A stretch of DNA of 64,000 nucleotides. It comes from Vicugna vicugna (taxonomy: Eukaryota). Under the pieces are notes generated by a model. The model saw only the letters and a program-made list of their open reading frames with translations, had not been told where the DNA came from and made no database searches. Positions 60,373 to 64,000 of this stretch are shown here, one piece after another. The position numbers and the translations under genes were made by a program. Every line of letters begins with the position of its first letter. Within the stretch, counting starts at the first letter, position 1. The DNA lies in NCBI GenBank assembly GCA_013265495.1, contig MU058285.1, forward strand, positions 1 through 64,000. Reading direction: 5' to 3'.

Positions 60373-62366
60373 GTAATTATAAATTACAATTCATTCTTAT
60401 ATGTATAAAGAACATTTATAATTGCCATAAAACCATTTTTAGCTTTACTATCTGCACTTGAATTTTCTGAGTGTAAGGTGTTTATGTGTATAGAAGACTT
60501 TTGTTTTCCCCTCTAAATTGATTCCTTTTGGTTACAGATAAAACTGACCTAACACGTTAGAAGATGTTACTTTTGCCATTACATAATGGTACCTTTTTCT
60601 TCATTACATTTTTGAGATGCATTCATTTAAATAACACTTTTACCCAGAATTACTTTTTGCTTGGGGCATAGGGGATCTTCGGGAAATTATATAGATTTCT
60701 ACTGTTTTTCAAAAAAACAATGTCATAGATTTCAAATCAAGTAAAAATTAACATTAAGAACCACCTATACCTACTAGGTTTTCAAATTTCTTCTTACTGT
60801 GTTAAAAAAAAAAACACAACTTATTAGTTCCAGTAAAGAAACTCAGTCTTTCAGCATAACAAGCAGTTCTTAAAAAGCAGTATGAATTAAATGAAAGAGA
60901 TTGGAAAATGGCTTCATTTTCCATCAAACAAGCATTTGATGATTTCTGAGAAAATAAATTTAGATTTTATAGAACCAAAAATGTTTGGGAAACATTTTAA
61001 GCTCTTTAGTCCAACACGCATCTGATTTCACCTTTCCTCTGGTCCACCCAACATTTTCAAGATTTTCTAAACAACTAAGTAATAATTTTGAAAGTAAATT
61101 TATAAATAGGAATATTTTTTTAAGTTCAAGACCAAACGTTGGTAAACAGAGAGACAAATCATTTTTTTACTTTGTTATATAGCCAAAGTCATGGCAAAAC
61201 TAACCTTTTGCAAGTTTGTTAAGGAAATGGATTCAAGTTTTTTTTTTTTAATGGCTCATCTAGTGGATTTTGCCCTCCCTTCTTCAATCTTTACTCCATT
61301 GAAAGTGCTCGTAATACTCTGCTTTGCAAATGGAAGTCTGATTTGCACAAAGTCCAGACTAAGTACATATTAATTCCACTGAATAATTATAAAAGTACCT
61401 ACAAAACCTCTGTGTTTATAGCAAAACTCATTTTTATGCTTGTATAAATACTAGCCAATGTAGCATTAAAACATGTCTATTTGCTTTATTTTCCTCCAAT
61501 TTTTTCCAGTCTTTATTCCTTTAAATCAGGAAAGGATAATGAAATAAAAAGTATGAAAGTAGGAACTGCAGGGACAAATGAAGAAGGGAAGAGAAAAATG
61601 AAAGCTAAGTGGAGTAAAAAAGTGAGTGAGGGGGCCTCAGTAGTAAAATGTGCATCTGATTATTAGCTACCTGGAAGATTTACAACTTTCTATATTTGTG
61701 TTTATGGCTTCTTCTTTTGTAAATGAAACAACTACAGTAAGTATTCCTTAAATATTTTTCTATCTGGCGCACTCGTGTTGTTATTTCTGAGTGTGCTGAT
61801 TCTAGCTATTGCAAGAAGAGAATGACACTGTGATCATAGTGGACATTAATTTTGGCTCCCTAATTAATGATAAATGAACTAGCTAGTTTATGCTAAGTAC
61901 TGTAGTCAGTTCTCCAGAAAAAGCAAAATAAATATGATGACCTCTGTCTCAAAGAGTTGGCAGTCTAGTGAGAAAGTAAAATTTTATATATAGATAATAA
62001 CACAGGACATAGTTTGTAGATTGACTGGAAAATGAGATTGAGATTTATCTACTTTAGGTATGGTCTAAATAGCATTTTGGGAATCAACCAAGAGTAAAGG
62101 ACAGTAGGATCGTATGGGGTACAAGAAATTAGAATAAGTAGGGGAACGTTGGGGGAAATAGAAAAAAATGGGAAATGAGAGAGAGTCAACAGGGTCCCAG
62201 AAGATTAGGGTTGAAAGAGACATTAACAGGCATAGAAACAAATTTCCACCTCCTACCATTTCTTTTTTAACAGATCATAAGATCCGAGAGTTGGAGGGGA
62301 ACTTAGCTATCTTATCCTTTAAATTTTCTGATCTCATAAAGCATCCTTACCAAAGGAATATCGAGT

Positions 62367-62741
62367 TGTTTTAGCTTGCTAGGGATGCAAAGTGCCACAG
62401 GATGGATGGCTGATCCAACAAAAAGTTGTTTTTTCACTATTCTAGAGGCTAGAAAGCTGAGGTTGAGGCGTCAGCATGGCTGGTTTTCTTCCAAGGCTTC
62501 TCTCCATGATTTTCGGATGGCCCTCTTCCTCCAGTGTCTTCGCATGGTCTCCCCTTTCCACCTGTTTGTCTCCTCATCTCCTCTTTTCATAAGGACACCA
62601 GTCCTATTGGATTAGGGCTCACCCTAATGACCTCATGTTATTTCTTTAAAGAGCCGATCTCTAAATATAGTCACATTCTGAGGTATTGGGGTAAGAACTT
62701 CAACATATGAATTTTGGGAGGACAGAATTCAGCCCATAACA
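62367..62741 (-). mobile_element. MLT1A-like MaLR LTR
   Basis: tgttttagcttgctaggg..ttctagaggctagaa..taaggacaccagtcctattggattagggctcaccctaatgacctc..gtcacattctgaggta..attcagcccataaca. Confidence 0.88.
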
Positions 62742-64000
62742 CTGGTCTCATTTCCATTATGGTGAGCTTTAATGATTAGACACATTTTTCTAATTTTATT
62801 GAACCCTGAACCACCTCTGTGTAGCTTCTACTCAATGATTTCATCTCTACCACTTGTACAACGTCCATCTAGTGCTCTGGTTAACAGGTACGTGGGGAGG
62901 AATTACTGTCATGAGGAAACAGTTTCACAGAACTGGGATAAAATGTGTTGAGGTCATAAGCAACTGACTTGGAATTTACATCCAAAATTTAGCTCTGATT
63001 ACATGTTGCAGGTATGTATTTTTTAAAGAACATATCTAATACATTCTCAATATGTTAGACCTTCCTGTCTCCACTGAATCTTCTATTGCTTTGAGTGATT
63101 TTTAGGTAAAGGAGTTCCTTGATGTTTAGAATTTATCTCAAGATATGTCTGAATATGAAAAAGTAAAAAAAACCACAGACTTTTCTTGTTCGTGTGGCTT
63201 TCTTTTATAGGTTTATATTAAGTTCTTAAAATGGCATTCTGAATCAGTCTGGAGTGCTCTCATAGGTATATTTACATTAGTATATTCAGAACTTGGATCA
63301 ACCTCTGCCTCTAATTTTGTAAGATAGTTAGACATTCAATATTTAACTAATTTTCCTCTGACTCATTTCACTTTTCCCTTGATCTCCCCAGTCTGTTTTT
63401 CTCTCTGATTTCCCCCTTTTCACCTCCTTTGTAATTTGTCTTTCTTTAGTTAAGTTACCTTGATGTTTGGCTTTAGGTTTAACATTGAATCTTCCTTTTT
63501 GATGAGTCTGTGAGATAGATTTGAAACATGACATAAAACACATCAAAAAAAGATGAGTTCATTAATGTTCATTCAAATACATGCTGGACATGTAGCCAGG
63601 CAACAGCTTCTTCTGGCTTAATGAGAAAAACAACCCAGAGTTTTTGTTTTAAGTAAAGTAAAATGTTGAGGATAACATCCTCATAAAATGCTGCACTAGT
63701 TGGCTGAAGAAAATATAATATAATTTAAAATATTTCTCTTTTTTAAACCTCTTGTTAGCAAAATGCTCTTGCAATTAGAAAGAAGTAAATGAACTCATTC
63801 TTCCATCATTAATTTGTTAACACCTTTTTTAATGATGGAAACTAAGGATGGTCGCATCTAGTAAAATCATAAGGCTCAAATGAAAAGCATCACTACAATG
63901 GTGCAACATTCTTACCTTCTGGGAAAGAAGATAGAGGACTAATACTTTTGAGCACGTAATGTGAACCACCCCTGAGCTGTTCTGTTACACCCAGAACATT

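Noticed and set aside
1..64000. CRISPR arrays, operons or other prokaryotic systems
   Set aside because: The sequence is mammalian and repeat-rich; no regularly spaced direct repeats or gene-dense ORFs.

Overview
AT-rich mammalian genomic DNA. The short tRNA-derived SINEs and the young L1 3' ends look like camelid (alpaca/camel) repeats; this is recognition from memory, not a database result. I found no protein-coding exon, RNA gene or CpG island that I can support. The ORF-track entries with recognisable homology are decayed pieces of L1 ORF1/ORF2, Tigger1 transposase and a hAT (Blackjack-type) transposase. Much of the window is interspersed repeat: L1 of several ages, L2, MIR, ERV1/ERVL/MaLR LTRs, and hAT and Tigger DNA transposons. 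These include a near-complete Tigger1 (~2.2 kb) and an end-to-end hAT-Blackjack fossil (~2.7 kb). All 11 LTR elements and both long L1s lie on the minus strand, which suggests an intron of a large plus-strand transcription unit. I see no convincing new biological system. The findings are mainly retrotransposition oddities (a chimeric L1 3' end, a fold-back palindrome, a junction triplication, a 3'-truncated L1) and candidate cryptic exons or enhancers. Repeat family names come from recalled consensus sequences and old-repeat boundaries are approximate; confirm with RepeatMasker/Dfam.
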